NCBI GenBank assembly: GCA_963695225.1
Contig: OY968762.1
Coordinates: 2,816,001-2,880,000, forward strand
Direction of reading: 5' to 3'
Source: Vulcanimicrobiota bacterium
GTDB taxonomy: Bacteria > Vulcanimicrobiota > Vulcanimicrobiia > Vulcanimicrobiales > Vulcanimicrobiaceae
Length of the DNA: 64,000 nt
Shown: piece after piece, positions 9,880 to 19,392 of the stretch
Numbering within the stretch: the first letter of the stretch is position 1
Layout: every line of letters starts with the position of its first letter
Made by a program: the position numbers and the translations under genes
The notes under the pieces: generated by a model
The model's database searches: none
The model's input: the letters and a program-made list of their open reading frames with translations, nothing else
What the model was told of the DNA's origin: nothing

Positions 9880-11169
9880 ATGTCCTATCGTTGGATCGCC
9901 GCGTCGCTCGTTGCGGCCGCCGTCGCACTGCCGGCCGCCGCGTTCTCAGAGAGCGCCGCCGATTACACTCCACCCCAGCTGGTCAAGCGAGGCACGGCCA
10001 CGACGCCGATCGCGGGCCCGGGGAAAGTCATCCTCAAGGTGCTGGTCAACCCGGACGGCTCGTTCAAGGTCCAAGACATCATCCAATCGACGAACCACGC
10101 CGACGACGCTGCGGCGAGGGAGATCGCGCAAAACTCGACCTATCGGCCGGCGAAGCGCGGCGGGAAGCCCGTCCTCGCGTTCTACGATTTCACGCTGAAG
10201 TTCGTCGGCTCCGGCGTCACCTCGAGCGGCGACGAGGGAACGCTCGCGGGCTACGAACGGATGATCAGAGCCGGGAACTACTCCGGGGCGAAACAAGGGC
10301 TCGGCGGCTACCTCGCGGCGCACCCCGGGGACAAGACGGCGCAACTCTACCTCGGCATCGCGAACACGTTCTTGCTCGACTACCACGGCGCGGCCGCCGC
10401 GTTCGACGCCTCCGGGACGATCCCGTCGAACTACCGCGCCGTCGCCGCGAAAGCGTACGCCGAGGACGCGGTGACCCGGACGAACGCGAAGGACTACGCC
10501 GGAGCGACCGCCTCGGCGAAGCGCTCCGTCGAACTCTCGCCCGGGGTGGCGACCTACAATACGCTCGGTTTCGCGGAACTCGGCGGGGGAGATTTCGCCG
10601 GGTCGGTTCGCGATTTCGTAAAGGCGCGCGACCTGGCGGTCGCGGAGAAGGTGTCCGCCCACGAGCGGGCCCTGATCCTCAGCAATCTGACGAGCGCCCA
10701 GCTCGGCGCGGGAAATCTCGACGCCGCGAAAGCCGCCGCGAGCGAGGCCGCGAAGCTCGACCCCTCGGTGACGGGCGCCCAGGTCGCGCTGGCGGGTTAT
10801 TACGCGCAGAAAGGCCGGGAAGCGGCCGACGCCGGGAAGCAGATCGAGGCCGCCGGCTGGTACGAGCAGGCAGCCCAAGCGGCCCCCAGCGCCGCCGTAA
10901 CGATGTACGTGAACGCCGCGTTTAGCTATTTGAACGCGAAGCCCCAGCCCGACAACGCCAAGGCGAAGGCCGACGCGGACAAGGCGCTCGCGATCGACGC
11001 GAACGGGGCCCCGGCGAATTTCGCGGCGGGGATCGCGCTCGCCAACGACGGAAAGAGTGCCGAGGCGATGACGTATCTGCGCCGGGCGGAGGCTGCGGCG
11101 AAGGCCGGGACTGACGCGAACTTGACCGCGAGCATCCAAGCCGCGATTAAGCAATTAGGCGGAAAATAG
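9880..11169 (+). CDS. Secreted TonB C-terminal-domain plus TPR-repeat protein
   Basis: Signal peptide; G.V.L.VLVN.DG, D.AA and Y.PA..GG.PV TonB_C pattern; Ala-rich TPR-like repeats. Confidence 0.75.
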   Translation: MSYRWIAASLVAAAVALPAAAFSESAADYTPPQLVKRGTATTPIAGPGKVILKVLVNPDGSFKVQDIIQSTNHADDAAAREIAQNSTYRPAKRGGKPVLAFYDFTLKFVGSGVTSSGDEGTLAGYERMIRAGNYSGAKQGLGGYLAAHPGDKTAQLYLGIANTFLLDYHGAAAAFDASGTIPSNYRAVAAKAYAEDAVTRTNAKDYAGATASAKRSVELSPGVATYNTLGFAELGGGDFAGSVRDFVKARDLAVAEKVSAHERALILSNLTSAQLGAGNLDAAKAAASEAAKLDPSVTGAQVALAGYYAQKGREAADAGKQIEAAGWYEQAAQAAPSAAVTMYVNAAFSYLNAKPQPDNAKAKADADKALAIDANGAPANFAAGIALANDGKSAEAMTYLRRAEAAAKAGTDANLTASIQAAIKQLGGK

Positions 11170-11297
11170 TCGGTATGACTACCGAGGATTCGAAAAGAAG
11201 CGGGGTAAATAGCCTGTTCTCGCGCCGATCCTCGGCGTCGCTTCGTGAGAGAAGCGTTTAACTTTCCCTGGGGACTTGTGGAGGCGCCGAGGCGAGC

Positions 11298-12050
11298 GTG
11301 GAACTTTCAAACCGTGTATTTTTGCTGGTCGCTCAAGCGGCCCCGGGCTCGACCGGGACCGACGTGACCGGTAGCGGGCCCTTCGATTTCATCGTTCGCG
11401 GGGGCCCGGCCATGGCGGGCCTCGTCCTCTGTTCGATCGTCGTCGTGGCCGTCGTCATCGAGCGGCTGATCTTCTTCGCAGCCCAGCACGGGGATAGCAA
11501 GGAACTCCTCCGGCAGCTCGGCGTGAAGATCGCCGCCGACGACATCCAAGGCGCGATCCGCGTCTGCAACCAGCAGAAGGGGATGCTCCCGAAGATCCTC
11601 GCGTTCGGCCTGCAGCGCGGCACGAAGAATCGCGCCGATATCACCGACGCGCTCTCGATCGCCTTGATGGAGCACTTGAACTCGCTGGAGCGCTACCTCG
11701 GCATCGTCGGCACGGTCGCCGTCATCGCGCCGTTCGTCGGCCTCTTCGGAACGGTCTTGGGCATCATCCACGCCTTCAACGATATCGCGCTCAAGGGGAA
11801 CGCCTCTCCCGCCGTCGTCGCCGCGGGCGTCTCGGAAGCCCTGATCACGACGGCCGCCGGCCTCTTCGTCGCCGTCATCGCGGTCATTTTCTTCAACTAC
11901 TTCAAGACGCGCATCAAGACGTACAATCAAGAGATGATCGTCGCCGCGAACCAGCTCGCCGAGATGCTGCACTTCCACAACATCGGCGAGCCGATCCCGA
12001 CCGATCTCTATCCGCCCACGGGAACGGCCGGCGCGGCGCCAGCCAAGTAA
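11298..12050 (+). CDS. MotA/TolQ/ExbB proton channel
   Basis: APFVGLFGTVLGII and GVSEALITTAAGL motifs. Confidence 0.92.
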   Translation: MELSNRVFLLVAQAAPGSTGTDVTGSGPFDFIVRGGPAMAGLVLCSIVVVAVVIERLIFFAAQHGDSKELLRQLGVKIAADDIQGAIRVCNQQKGMLPKILAFGLQRGTKNRADITDALSIALMEHLNSLERYLGIVGTVAVIAPFVGLFGTVLGIIHAFNDIALKGNASPAVVAAGVSEALITTAAGLFVAVIAVIFFNYFKTRIKTYNQEMIVAANQLAEMLHFHNIGEPIPTDLYPPTGTAGAAPAK

Positions 12051-12056
12051 GCGAGG

Positions 12057-12470
12057 ATGGGCCTTACCGCTACCCGCCAAGACGAAGAGGTCATGGCAGA
12101 GATCAACATCACGCCGTTCACGGACGTGCTGTTGGTGCTGCTCATCATCTTCATGATCCTCGCCTCGCTCGTGACGCCGCCCGGCTTTCAGAAAGAGCTG
12201 CCGAACAAGCCGCCGGTCTCCGAGAACCAGCAAGATCAGAAGAAGAAAGAGATCGACGTCGAGGTCACGGAGAAGGGCACCATCTTCGTCGACGGCCGCA
12301 AGACCGACGAGAAGGGCATCTACGACGAGATCGCGCGGACCGTGCGCAAACGCGGCAGGCTGCACGTTGCGATCACCGCGGACGCGAAGGCCAAGTACGA
12401 CATCATCATCAAGATCCTCGACGCCTCGCGAGTTTCGGGCCTCGAGGACGTCGGATTCGTGACTTCGTAG
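12057..12470 (+). CDS. ExbD/TolR family protein
   Basis: EINITPFTDVLLVLLIIFM. Confidence 0.92.
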   Translation: MGLTATRQDEEVMAEINITPFTDVLLVLLIIFMILASLVTPPGFQKELPNKPPVSENQQDQKKKEIDVEVTEKGTIFVDGRKTDEKGIYDEIARTVRKRGRLHVAITADAKAKYDIIIKILDASRVSGLEDVGFVTS

Positions 12471-12471
12471 C

Positions 12472-12894
12472 ATGTCGGTTTCCACAGGTCAAGGCGATGA
12501 AGACGTAATGGCGACGATCAACATCACGCCCTTTACGGACGTGCTGTTGGTCCTCTTGATCATCTTCATCATCCTGACGTCGGTCACCAAAGAGCCGAAG
12601 CTTCCGGACGCGCTCAACCGCGACAAGGTGCAGGATTCGCAAATCGTCGTCCTCATCGACGACAAGGACAGGATCTCGATCGGCTCGCACGAGGTCACGA
12701 TCAACGAAGCGGGCGCGGCATTCCGCAAGCTCTCCGAAGACACGGGCCACCGTTACAAGAACGTGATCATCAAGGCGAATCCGAACGCGAGCTACGGCAT
12801 CGTGTTGCAAGTGATGGATGCAGCCAAGAGCGCGGATCTCACGAACTTCGGCCTCGCGAACCACGTCCAAGGCGAACCTGAGGGCGCGCGCTAA
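12472..12894 (+). CDS. ExbD/TolR family protein (second paralog)
   Basis: INITPFTDVLLVLLIIF. Confidence 0.92.
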   Translation: MSVSTGQGDEDVMATINITPFTDVLLVLLIIFIILTSVTKEPKLPDALNRDKVQDSQIVVLIDDKDRISIGSHEVTINEAGAAFRKLSEDTGHRYKNVIIKANPNASYGIVLQVMDAAKSADLTNFGLANHVQGEPEGAR

Positions 12895-13650
12895 ATGAGC
12901 TCGGAGAAGCCGACGGCGCCGGCGCCGGCACCCATCGTCACGCCCGAACGGGTGCGCAACTGGCTCGGGATCGCGTTCGTGATCTCGATCGTCCTGCACG
13001 CTTTCGCGCTCCCGATCCTCAGCAAGTACCGGTCGATGGAGCCGCAGGATCAGCAAGTCGAGAAAGTCTCGGTTTCGAAAAAAGTCAAAGTCGTCGTCCC
13101 GACGCCGCCGCCTCCGACGCCGACCCCGCCGCCCCCGACGCCGCCGCCCAAACAAACGCCCCCTCCGAAGACCTCGACGACGCCGCCTAAACAACCGCGG
13201 CTGAAGCTCAACGTCGTGAAGACGACGTCGACGTCGAAGACCGCCTCCGGACCGGCCGAGAACTCGTACGTTGCTCCCAAGACCGGTTCGGCCGAGGGCG
13301 TTCCGCAAGGCACGGAGACGAGCGGCCCGGTCACGCCTACCGCGGGCCCTGCGACGGCCGCGCCCGCCTGTGCGCACCCGCACGTCGACGCGATTGCGAC
13401 GAACAAGGTCGAGCCCGATTACCCCGAGATCGCCCGGCAGCAAGGCGCCGTCGGGACGACGACCGTCAAGGTCACGCTCTCGGCGACCGGCGCCGTGCTG
13501 GAGGCCACCGTCTACCACACGTCCGGCAACTCGCAGCTCGACGTCTCGGCTGTCCACGCCGCACGCTCGAGTTCCTACAAGCCCGAGATCGACAACTGCC
13601 AGCCGGTCGGCGGCGACTACCTGTTCGTCGCAACGTTCGAAGCGCAGTAG
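12895..13650 (+). CDS. TonB family energy transducer
   Basis: TM segment with S-x3-H, Pro-rich linker, and a C-domain with YPEIARQQG and SG...LD. Confidence 0.9.
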   Translation: MSSEKPTAPAPAPIVTPERVRNWLGIAFVISIVLHAFALPILSKYRSMEPQDQQVEKVSVSKKVKVVVPTPPPPTPTPPPPTPPPKQTPPPKTSTTPPKQPRLKLNVVKTTSTSKTASGPAENSYVAPKTGSAEGVPQGTETSGPVTPTAGPATAAPACAHPHVDAIATNKVEPDYPEIARQQGAVGTTTVKVTLSATGAVLEATVYHTSGNSQLDVSAVHAARSSSYKPEIDNCQPVGGDYLFVATFEAQ

Positions 13651-13671
13651 CGTTCGCCCGGATCGCTCGAG

Positions 13672-14529
13672 ATGACGTTCTTCCAGGCCATGCTCCTCGC
13701 GCTGCTGCAGGGAGTCTCCGAGTTATTTCCGATCAGCAGCCTCGGGCACACGGTCTTGATCCCGGCGCTGCTGCACTGGGACGTCGATAGGAAGGCGCCG
13801 ACGTTCCTCGCGTTCATCGTCGCGCTGCATTTCGGCACGGCGCTCGCGCTCGTGGCATTCTACTGGAAGGACTGGGTCGCCATCACGCGCGCGCTCGTCG
13901 CGAGCGTCGTGCGCGGGAAGCTCTCGAACGATCCGAACGAGAAGATCGCCTGGCTGCTCGTCGCCGGGACGATTCCGGTCGGGCTCGCGGGCGTGCTGTT
14001 CCAGGATACCGTCCGCACGTTCTTCGGCTCGACGGCGATGGTCGCGGGGTTCCTCATCCTCAACGCGTTCGTCATGTTCTTGGGCGAGCGGCTCAAGCGC
14101 ATCGAGCGGGGGCCCGCGAGCCGCCCGGCCCGTCACCTGCCGGAGCTGCCGTGGATCGACGCGGTGAAGGTCGGCCTCGCGCAAGCGCTCGCGCTCTTCC
14201 CCGGGATCTCACGGAGCGGCTCATCGATCGTTGCGGGGTTGCTGCTCGATCTCACCCACGACGACGCGGCGCGGTTTTCGTTCCTGCTCGCGACGCCGGT
14301 GATCGGGGCGGCCGCGCTGCTCGAGATTCCTGAGCTGCTGGCCCCCGACGCCCATGCCGTGCTGGTCCAGTCGCTCGTCGGCGGCGTGCTCTCGGGCGTG
14401 ACGGCGTACGCTTCCGTGGCCTTTCTGACCCGGTACTTTAAGACGAACGACTTGCGCCCGTTTGGGTGGTACTGTTTACTTATCGGGGCACTTTGCTTAG
14501 GTCTCGCCGTTTCAAAGGTGATCTCATGA
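13672..14529 (+). CDS. uppP: Undecaprenyl-diphosphate phosphatase
   Basis: QGVSELFPISSLGH, PGISRSG and ARFSFLL motifs. Confidence 0.93.
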   Translation: MTFFQAMLLALLQGVSELFPISSLGHTVLIPALLHWDVDRKAPTFLAFIVALHFGTALALVAFYWKDWVAITRALVASVVRGKLSNDPNEKIAWLLVAGTIPVGLAGVLFQDTVRTFFGSTAMVAGFLILNAFVMFLGERLKRIERGPASRPARHLPELPWIDAVKVGLAQALALFPGISRSGSSIVAGLLLDLTHDDAARFSFLLATPVIGAAALLEIPELLAPDAHAVLVQSLVGGVLSGVTAYASVAFLTRYFKTNDLRPFGWYCLLIGALCLGLAVSKVIS

Positions 14530-14717
14530 AAATCGTACTGATCGTCGTCGCCGTTGCATGTTTTGCCATCGCAGGTCTGTACGCCGCCGGCGTCTTGCAA
14601 TTCGGCGCGCACTCGCTCGGACCGCACTTCAAGCATGCGGCGGCGTTCGCGATCCTCGGCGTCGTGGCGCTCGTCGGACTGCGCTTCCAATCCAGCGAGT
14701 CGGGCACCGCGCGCTGA
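14526..14717 (+). CDS. Small two-TM membrane protein
   Basis: ATGA overlap with uppP; two hydrophobic segments. Confidence 0.6.
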   Translation: MKIVLIVVAVACFAIAGLYAAGVLQFGAHSLGPHFKHAAAFAILGVVALVGLRFQSSESGTAR

Positions 14718-14771
14718 CCGCGGGCCACGGCGATTCGCCCGAGCCACATCCGCCCCGACGGCGGCCTGGAA

Positions 14772-15206
14772 ATGGTCGACGTCTCGAACAAGGTCCCGAG
14801 CGAGCGGTACGCGCTCGCTCGGGCATTCGTGCGCATGTCCGAGGCTGCCGCGCTTGCCGTGCGGGAGGCGACGCTCGCCAAGGGCGATGCGTTCGTCGCC
14901 GCGCAACTCGCGGGCATTTTGGCCGCCAAGCAAACCGCGAACCTGATACCGCTCGCGCACACCGTCCCGCTCGCGCAGGTCGAGGTCTCGTTCGCCTGGG
15001 CCGAGCCTTCCCTGTTGCAGATCGAGGCCGCAGCGCGGACGAACGCGCGGACGGGCGTCGAGATGGAGGCGCTCGTCGCGGTGACGGTCGCGGCGCTCAC
15101 GCTCTACGACATGGCGAAGGCGGTCGATAAGGGGATCCGCATCGAGTCGGTCGCGCTCGTCGAAAAGCGCGGCGGCAAGAGCGGGGTTTGGACGGCGCCC
15201 GCGTGA
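14772..15206 (+). CDS. moaC: Cyclic pyranopterin monophosphate synthase; may start about 13 codons earlier
   Basis: MVDVS.K, LIPLAH, TGVEMEAL and YDM.K motifs. Confidence 0.92.
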   Translation: MVDVSNKVPSERYALARAFVRMSEAAALAVREATLAKGDAFVAAQLAGILAAKQTANLIPLAHTVPLAQVEVSFAWAEPSLLQIEAAARTNARTGVEMEALVAVTVAALTLYDMAKAVDKGIRIESVALVEKRGGKSGVWTAPA

Positions 15207-15682
15207 GGCCGTACCCCACCGCGGTCGTGATCCTCTCCGATCGCGCCGCGGCGGGGACGCGTGCCGACGCCTGCATCCCGGTCGTTCGCGAGCTGCTCGG
15301 CAGTGCGTTCTCGATCGTGCGCGAGGTCGTGCTCCCGGACGACCCGGCGGCCCTGCAAGCCGAACTGATCGACCTGTGCGATCGAGACGGCGTCGCGCTC
15401 GTGCTCACGAGCGGCGGGACCGGCCTCGCCCCGCGCGACCGCACGCCGCAGGCGACGGCGGCGATCCTCGATTACGAAGTGCCGGGGATTCCGGAAGCGA
15501 TGCGCGCGGCGTCCAACGTGAAGACGGCGATGCTCTCGCGGGCGGTTGCGGGCGTGCGAGGCAAGACGCTGATCGTCAACCTCCCCGGGAGTCCCAGGGC
15601 AGTCCGCGAAACGCTCGAGGTAGTGCTTCCTGCCATCCCTCATGCGCTCGACCTTCTCGACGATGCCGTTCCCGACGGCTGA
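15203..15682 (+). CDS. Molybdopterin adenylyltransferase (MogA/MoaB family)
   Basis: GGTGLAPRDRTP, AMLSR and NLPGSP motifs. Confidence 0.9.
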   Translation: MRPYPTAVVILSDRAAAGTRADACIPVVRELLGSAFSIVREVVLPDDPAALQAELIDLCDRDGVALVLTSGGTGLAPRDRTPQATAAILDYEVPGIPEAMRAASNVKTAMLSRAVAGVRGKTLIVNLPGSPRAVRETLEVVLPAIPHALDLLDDAVPDG

Positions 15683-15700
15683 TTCGTTGACGGAGTGACC

Positions 15701-17029
15701 ATGACGTTCGAATCCGCTTCGGCCTATCTGCTCGGCACGATCAATGAGACGCTCTCCCGGCGCGTCCCGAATCGTCTCGACCGGATGCGGAAGCTCTTGC
15801 ACGAACTCGGCGACCCCCAGGAACGGTACCCCACGATCCAGATCGGCGGGACGAGCGGGAAGGGTTCGACCTCGACGATGATCGCGACCGCGCTGACGGC
15901 GGCGGGGACGCGGACGGGCCTGCACACGAAGCCGCACCTCACCTCCATGACCGAGCGCGCGCGGATCGACGGCACGGCGATCGGCGCGGCCGAGTTCGGC
16001 GATCTGCTCGGCGAGATGATGCCCGCGATCGAGAAGACGAGCTCCACCGACGGGCGGCCCTCGTATTATGAAACGCTGCTCGCGCTCGCGCTCGAGTACT
16101 TCGCGCGCGAGTCGGTCGCGGCGGCCGTCGTCGAGGTCGGCTTGGGCGGCACGCTGGACGGGACGAACGTGCTAACGCCGTGCGTCAACGCGATCACGAA
16201 CGTCGGGTTCGATCACACGGACGTCCTCGGCGAGACGATCGCGGCGATCGCGAACGACAAGGCGGGGATCGCGAAGCCCGGCGTCCCGCTCGTGACCGAC
16301 GCCCGCAACCCGGAAGCGCTCGCCGTGATCGAGCGGCGCTGCCGGGAGGCCGGGGCGCCGCTGATCAGCGTGCAGGATTACGCGACGATCGAACCGGGCG
16401 CGGGGGAACGGTACGGGCAATCCTTCGCCGTCACGACCCCGCAGGCGCGCTACCGGCTTTCGCTCCCGATCCTGGGGGATTTCCAGCAGCGCAACGCCGC
16501 TACGGCGATCGCGGTCCTCGAACACTTGCCGCCGGCGCTGCGCCCGTCGCAGGACGCGATCGAAGCCGGCTTCGCGCAACTCGTGATCCCGGGGCGCATG
16601 GAGTACTTTCCGGGATTCCCGGACGTCGTCTTCGACATCGCGCACAATCCCGACAAGGCCGCGCATCTCGCGCGGGCGCTGCTGCACGCGTTCCCGGGGC
16701 GCCGCTTCACGTTCGTCGTCGGGATCACCGAGTCGAAGGACGCGCAAGAGGTGCTCCGTCCGCTCTTTGCCTTGCCCGCATCGTTCATCTTCACGCAGTT
16801 CGAAACGGCGGGGCGGCGCCCGACGCGCCCGCAGCGCCTGGTGAACATCGCGGAGCATTCCGGGATCTGGGCGCGCGCGATCGGCGACCCCGTCGAAGCG
16901 CTCTCGATCGCGCGCCGCAGCACGGACGCGAACGGCGTCGTCGTCGTCACGGGGTCGACGTTCGTCGTCGCCGCCGTGCGGCAGTGGTGGATCAAGAACG
17001 TCGTCGACGCCCTGAACAAGGCCCGGTAG
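15701..17029 (+). CDS. folC: Folylpolyglutamate/dihydrofolate synthase
   Basis: GTSGKGS, EVGLGG.LDGTN, DH...LG and D.AHN motifs. Confidence 0.93.
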   Translation: MTFESASAYLLGTINETLSRRVPNRLDRMRKLLHELGDPQERYPTIQIGGTSGKGSTSTMIATALTAAGTRTGLHTKPHLTSMTERARIDGTAIGAAEFGDLLGEMMPAIEKTSSTDGRPSYYETLLALALEYFARESVAAAVVEVGLGGTLDGTNVLTPCVNAITNVGFDHTDVLGETIAAIANDKAGIAKPGVPLVTDARNPEALAVIERRCREAGAPLISVQDYATIEPGAGERYGQSFAVTTPQARYRLSLPILGDFQQRNAATAIAVLEHLPPALRPSQDAIEAGFAQLVIPGRMEYFPGFPDVVFDIAHNPDKAAHLARALLHAFPGRRFTFVVGITESKDAQEVLRPLFALPASFIFTQFETAGRRPTRPQRLVNIAEHSGIWARAIGDPVEALSIARRSTDANGVVVVTGSTFVVAAVRQWWIKNVVDALNKAR

Positions 17030-17036
17030 CGCCGCG

Positions 17037-17897
17037 ATGAGGATTGCGACGCGAGGCGCCGAGCTGAGGCTCCGCGGCCGGCGCTTCGTCTGGGGCGAGC
17101 GCACCTACGTGATGGGGATCGTGAACGCGTCGCCGGATTCGTTCTCCGGCGACGGCCTCCCCGATCCGGAGCTGGCCGCGGCGCGCGCGCTCGAGGAGGT
17201 CCGCCTCGGGGCCGACATCGTCGATATCGGGTCCGAATCGACGCGCCCCGGGCACACGCCGATCACGGCCCTCGAAGAGATGCACCGGCTCGTTCCGGTC
17301 GTCGAGCGCGTCCGGGAGCTCGCGCCCGGAGCCGCGATTTCGATCGACACGTTCAAACCGGAGGTCTTCCGCGCCGCGCACGCCGCCGGCGGGGACGTCC
17401 TCAACTCGATTTGGGGCCTCGACGACGCGCTGCTGGAGGTCGCGCGCGAATGTGCCGTCCCCGTCGTCATCATGCACAACAAGCGCCTCGCGCTCTACGA
17501 GGGCGACGTCGTCGACGAGGTCCTCGCGTATCTCGAGCGCCAGGCGGTGCGCGCGATGCGCGCGGGGATCCCGCCCGAGCACATCGTGCTCGATCCGGGA
17601 ATCGGTTTCGGAAAACTCCCGGATCACAACCTCGCGGTGCTCGGGGCGCTCGACCGGCTCGTTGCGCTCGGGTTTCCGACGCTGCTCGGCGTTTCGCGAA
17701 AATCGACGATCGGCTTGTTGACCGGAAAGCCCGTCGGCGCGCGCGCGTTCGGGACGGCCGCGGCCGTGGCGCTGGCGATCGGCGCGGGGATCGACATCGT
17801 GCGCGTGCACGACGTGGCCGAGATGCGCGACGTCGTCGCGGTGGCGGACGCGATCGTGCGCGGCCGGCGCCCCGACGATTGGAACCGCGGGCGCTGA
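17037..17897 (+). CDS. folP: Dihydropteroate synthase
   Basis: PDSFS, ESTRPG, DPGIGFGK, SRKS and RVHDV motifs. Confidence 0.95.
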   Translation: MRIATRGAELRLRGRRFVWGERTYVMGIVNASPDSFSGDGLPDPELAAARALEEVRLGADIVDIGSESTRPGHTPITALEEMHRLVPVVERVRELAPGAAISIDTFKPEVFRAAHAAGGDVLNSIWGLDDALLEVARECAVPVVIMHNKRLALYEGDVVDEVLAYLERQAVRAMRAGIPPEHIVLDPGIGFGKLPDHNLAVLGALDRLVALGFPTLLGVSRKSTIGLLTGKPVGARAFGTAAAVALAIGAGIDIVRVHDVAEMRDVVAVADAIVRGRRPDDWNRGR

Positions 17898-18286
17898 TGG
17901 ACACGATCGCGCTGCGCGGGATCCGGGCGTACGGCAAGCACGGCGCGAACCCGGGCGAGCGCGACCATCCGCAGCCGTTCGACATCGACCTCGAGGTCGA
18001 CATCGACCTAACGGCGGCCCGCGCCACCGATTCGCTCGCCGACACGGTCGACTACGCAGCGCTCCACCTCTCCATTACCGCCATGGTGCGGACGCATTCG
18101 TACGCCCTGCTCGAACGGCTCGGCGCCGCCATCCTCGCCGACGTCTTCACCGACGCGCGCATCGTGGCCGCGCGCCTAACGCTCGCCAAGCCCGGCCTGC
18201 TCGACGGCGCCACCCCCGCCGTCACGCTCCGCTCGGCAAACCCCTCGGCCGCCCTGCACGCGCCCGCCGCCCGCCCGCCCGTCTGA
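17897..18286 (+). CDS. folB: Dihydroneopterin aldolase
   Basis: YGKHG...E...Q.F, DTVDY and LLE motifs. Confidence 0.9.
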   Translation: MDTIALRGIRAYGKHGANPGERDHPQPFDIDLEVDIDLTAARATDSLADTVDYAALHLSITAMVRTHSYALLERLGAAILADVFTDARIVAARLTLAKPGLLDGATPAVTLRSANPSAALHAPAARPPV

Positions 18287-18294
18287 CGGACGCA

Positions 18295-18780
18295 GTGCCG
18301 CTCGCGCGAATCGGCCTCGGGGCAAACCTCGGCGACGCGCCGGCCCAAATCGAACGCGCGCTCGCGGCCCTCGCCGCCCTCGGAACCATACGCGCCCGCT
18401 CGCATCTCTACCGCAGCAAGCCATGGGGCGTAACCGACCAGCCCCCCTTCATCAACGCAGCCGCACTGCTGGAGACAGCTCTAGCGCCGCGCGAGCTGCT
18501 CGGCGAGCTCAAGCGCCTGGAACGCGAACTCGGCCGCGTCCCCTCGGCCCGCTGGGGCCCGCGCGCGATCGACCTCGACATCCTCGCCTACGACGATCTG
18601 GCGCTCCGGGAGCCCGATCTGACGATCCCGCACGAACGCCTCTTCGAGCGCGCCTTCGCGCTCGTCCCGCTCGCCGAAATCGACGAATCCTACCGCCCGG
18701 CGCTCGAAGCCCTAACCCGCGAGAGCCTCGCCGAAGTCTCCGCAATCCAGCCGCCCAACCCTTCGTCGAGTTCGGGGTAG
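18295..18780 (+). CDS. folK: 2-amino-4-hydroxy-6-hydroxymethyldihydropteridine diphosphokinase
   Basis: GLGANLG, RWGPRAIDLDIL and IPH...ER.F motifs. Confidence 0.95.
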   Translation: MPLARIGLGANLGDAPAQIERALAALAALGTIRARSHLYRSKPWGVTDQPPFINAAALLETALAPRELLGELKRLERELGRVPSARWGPRAIDLDILAYDDLALREPDLTIPHERLFERAFALVPLAEIDESYRPALEALTRESLAEVSAIQPPNPSSSSG

Positions 18781-18806
18781 CGACTATTTCACGCGATATC
18801 GGGTGC

Positions 18807-19070
18807 TCAGAGCCCGATGTCGCTGAGCCATTTCAAGTAGACTTGTGTGCGGGGCGACTCGAGCCAGGTGGCGACCGTCGCCCCGATCGCCGGAATCGAT
18901 TGCAACGTCGCAACATGCTCCCGGACCGCCTCATGCGAAGGCGCCTCCTCGCCGAGGGCCGCGTTCAGCTTCTCGAGCGCCTCGCGCCCCTCGGGGTGAT
19001 CGCCCAGCGCCTCATGCAGTTCATCAACCGGGAGTTTAGGCGGCACCGGCCGCGCATCATCGGGAACCAT
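18807..19070 (-). CDS. Small helical hypothetical protein
   Basis: Amphipathic helical ORF ending LSDIGL, loosely DUF4404-like. Confidence 0.5.
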   Translation of the reverse strand: MVPDDARPVPPKLPVDELHEALGDHPEGREALEKLNAALGEEAPSHEAVREHVATLQSIPAIGATVATWLESPRTQVYLKWLSDIGL

Positions 19071-19150
19071 ACGGTAGCCTTGTGGGCCGGCACCCAATCT
19101 TTCCTGCGCCCTCACCCTTTAGCGCGCAGACCGGCACGCGTTCCCAGGTA

Positions 19151-19301
19151 GCGGGTGGAGCGGGGCGACGCTCTCCCGCGGGGCGTGCAGCTTGCCCGCG
19201 GAGCCAGGAGGGCGGGAGCGGGCAAGTGCACGAGTAGCGATTTCGCATGGATGCGAAATCGCGGGCGTCCCCGCGGGAGAGCGTCGCCCCGATCCGCCCG
19301 C
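19151..19301. repeat. Branched palindromic element (REP/MITE-like or structured RNA)
   Basis: Perfect 23-bp inverted repeat (19161-19183 / 19269-19291) enclosing two internal hairpins. Confidence 0.75.
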
Positions 19302-19392
19302 GGGCCCCGAACGCAACGCCACCCTCCGACGGCGTCACTGAGCCTGCCCCAGGCGGCGGGGCTGGTTCCGGCGCGGAGCGAACCTCCGGAGC

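Noticed and set aside
13100..13190. CCG-rich repeat
   Set aside because: It encodes the normal Pro-rich TonB linker.
18000..18780. C-rich skew in folB-folK
   Set aside because: The genes are intact; this may be an operon-end Rho-loading bias, but I cannot quantify it by eye.
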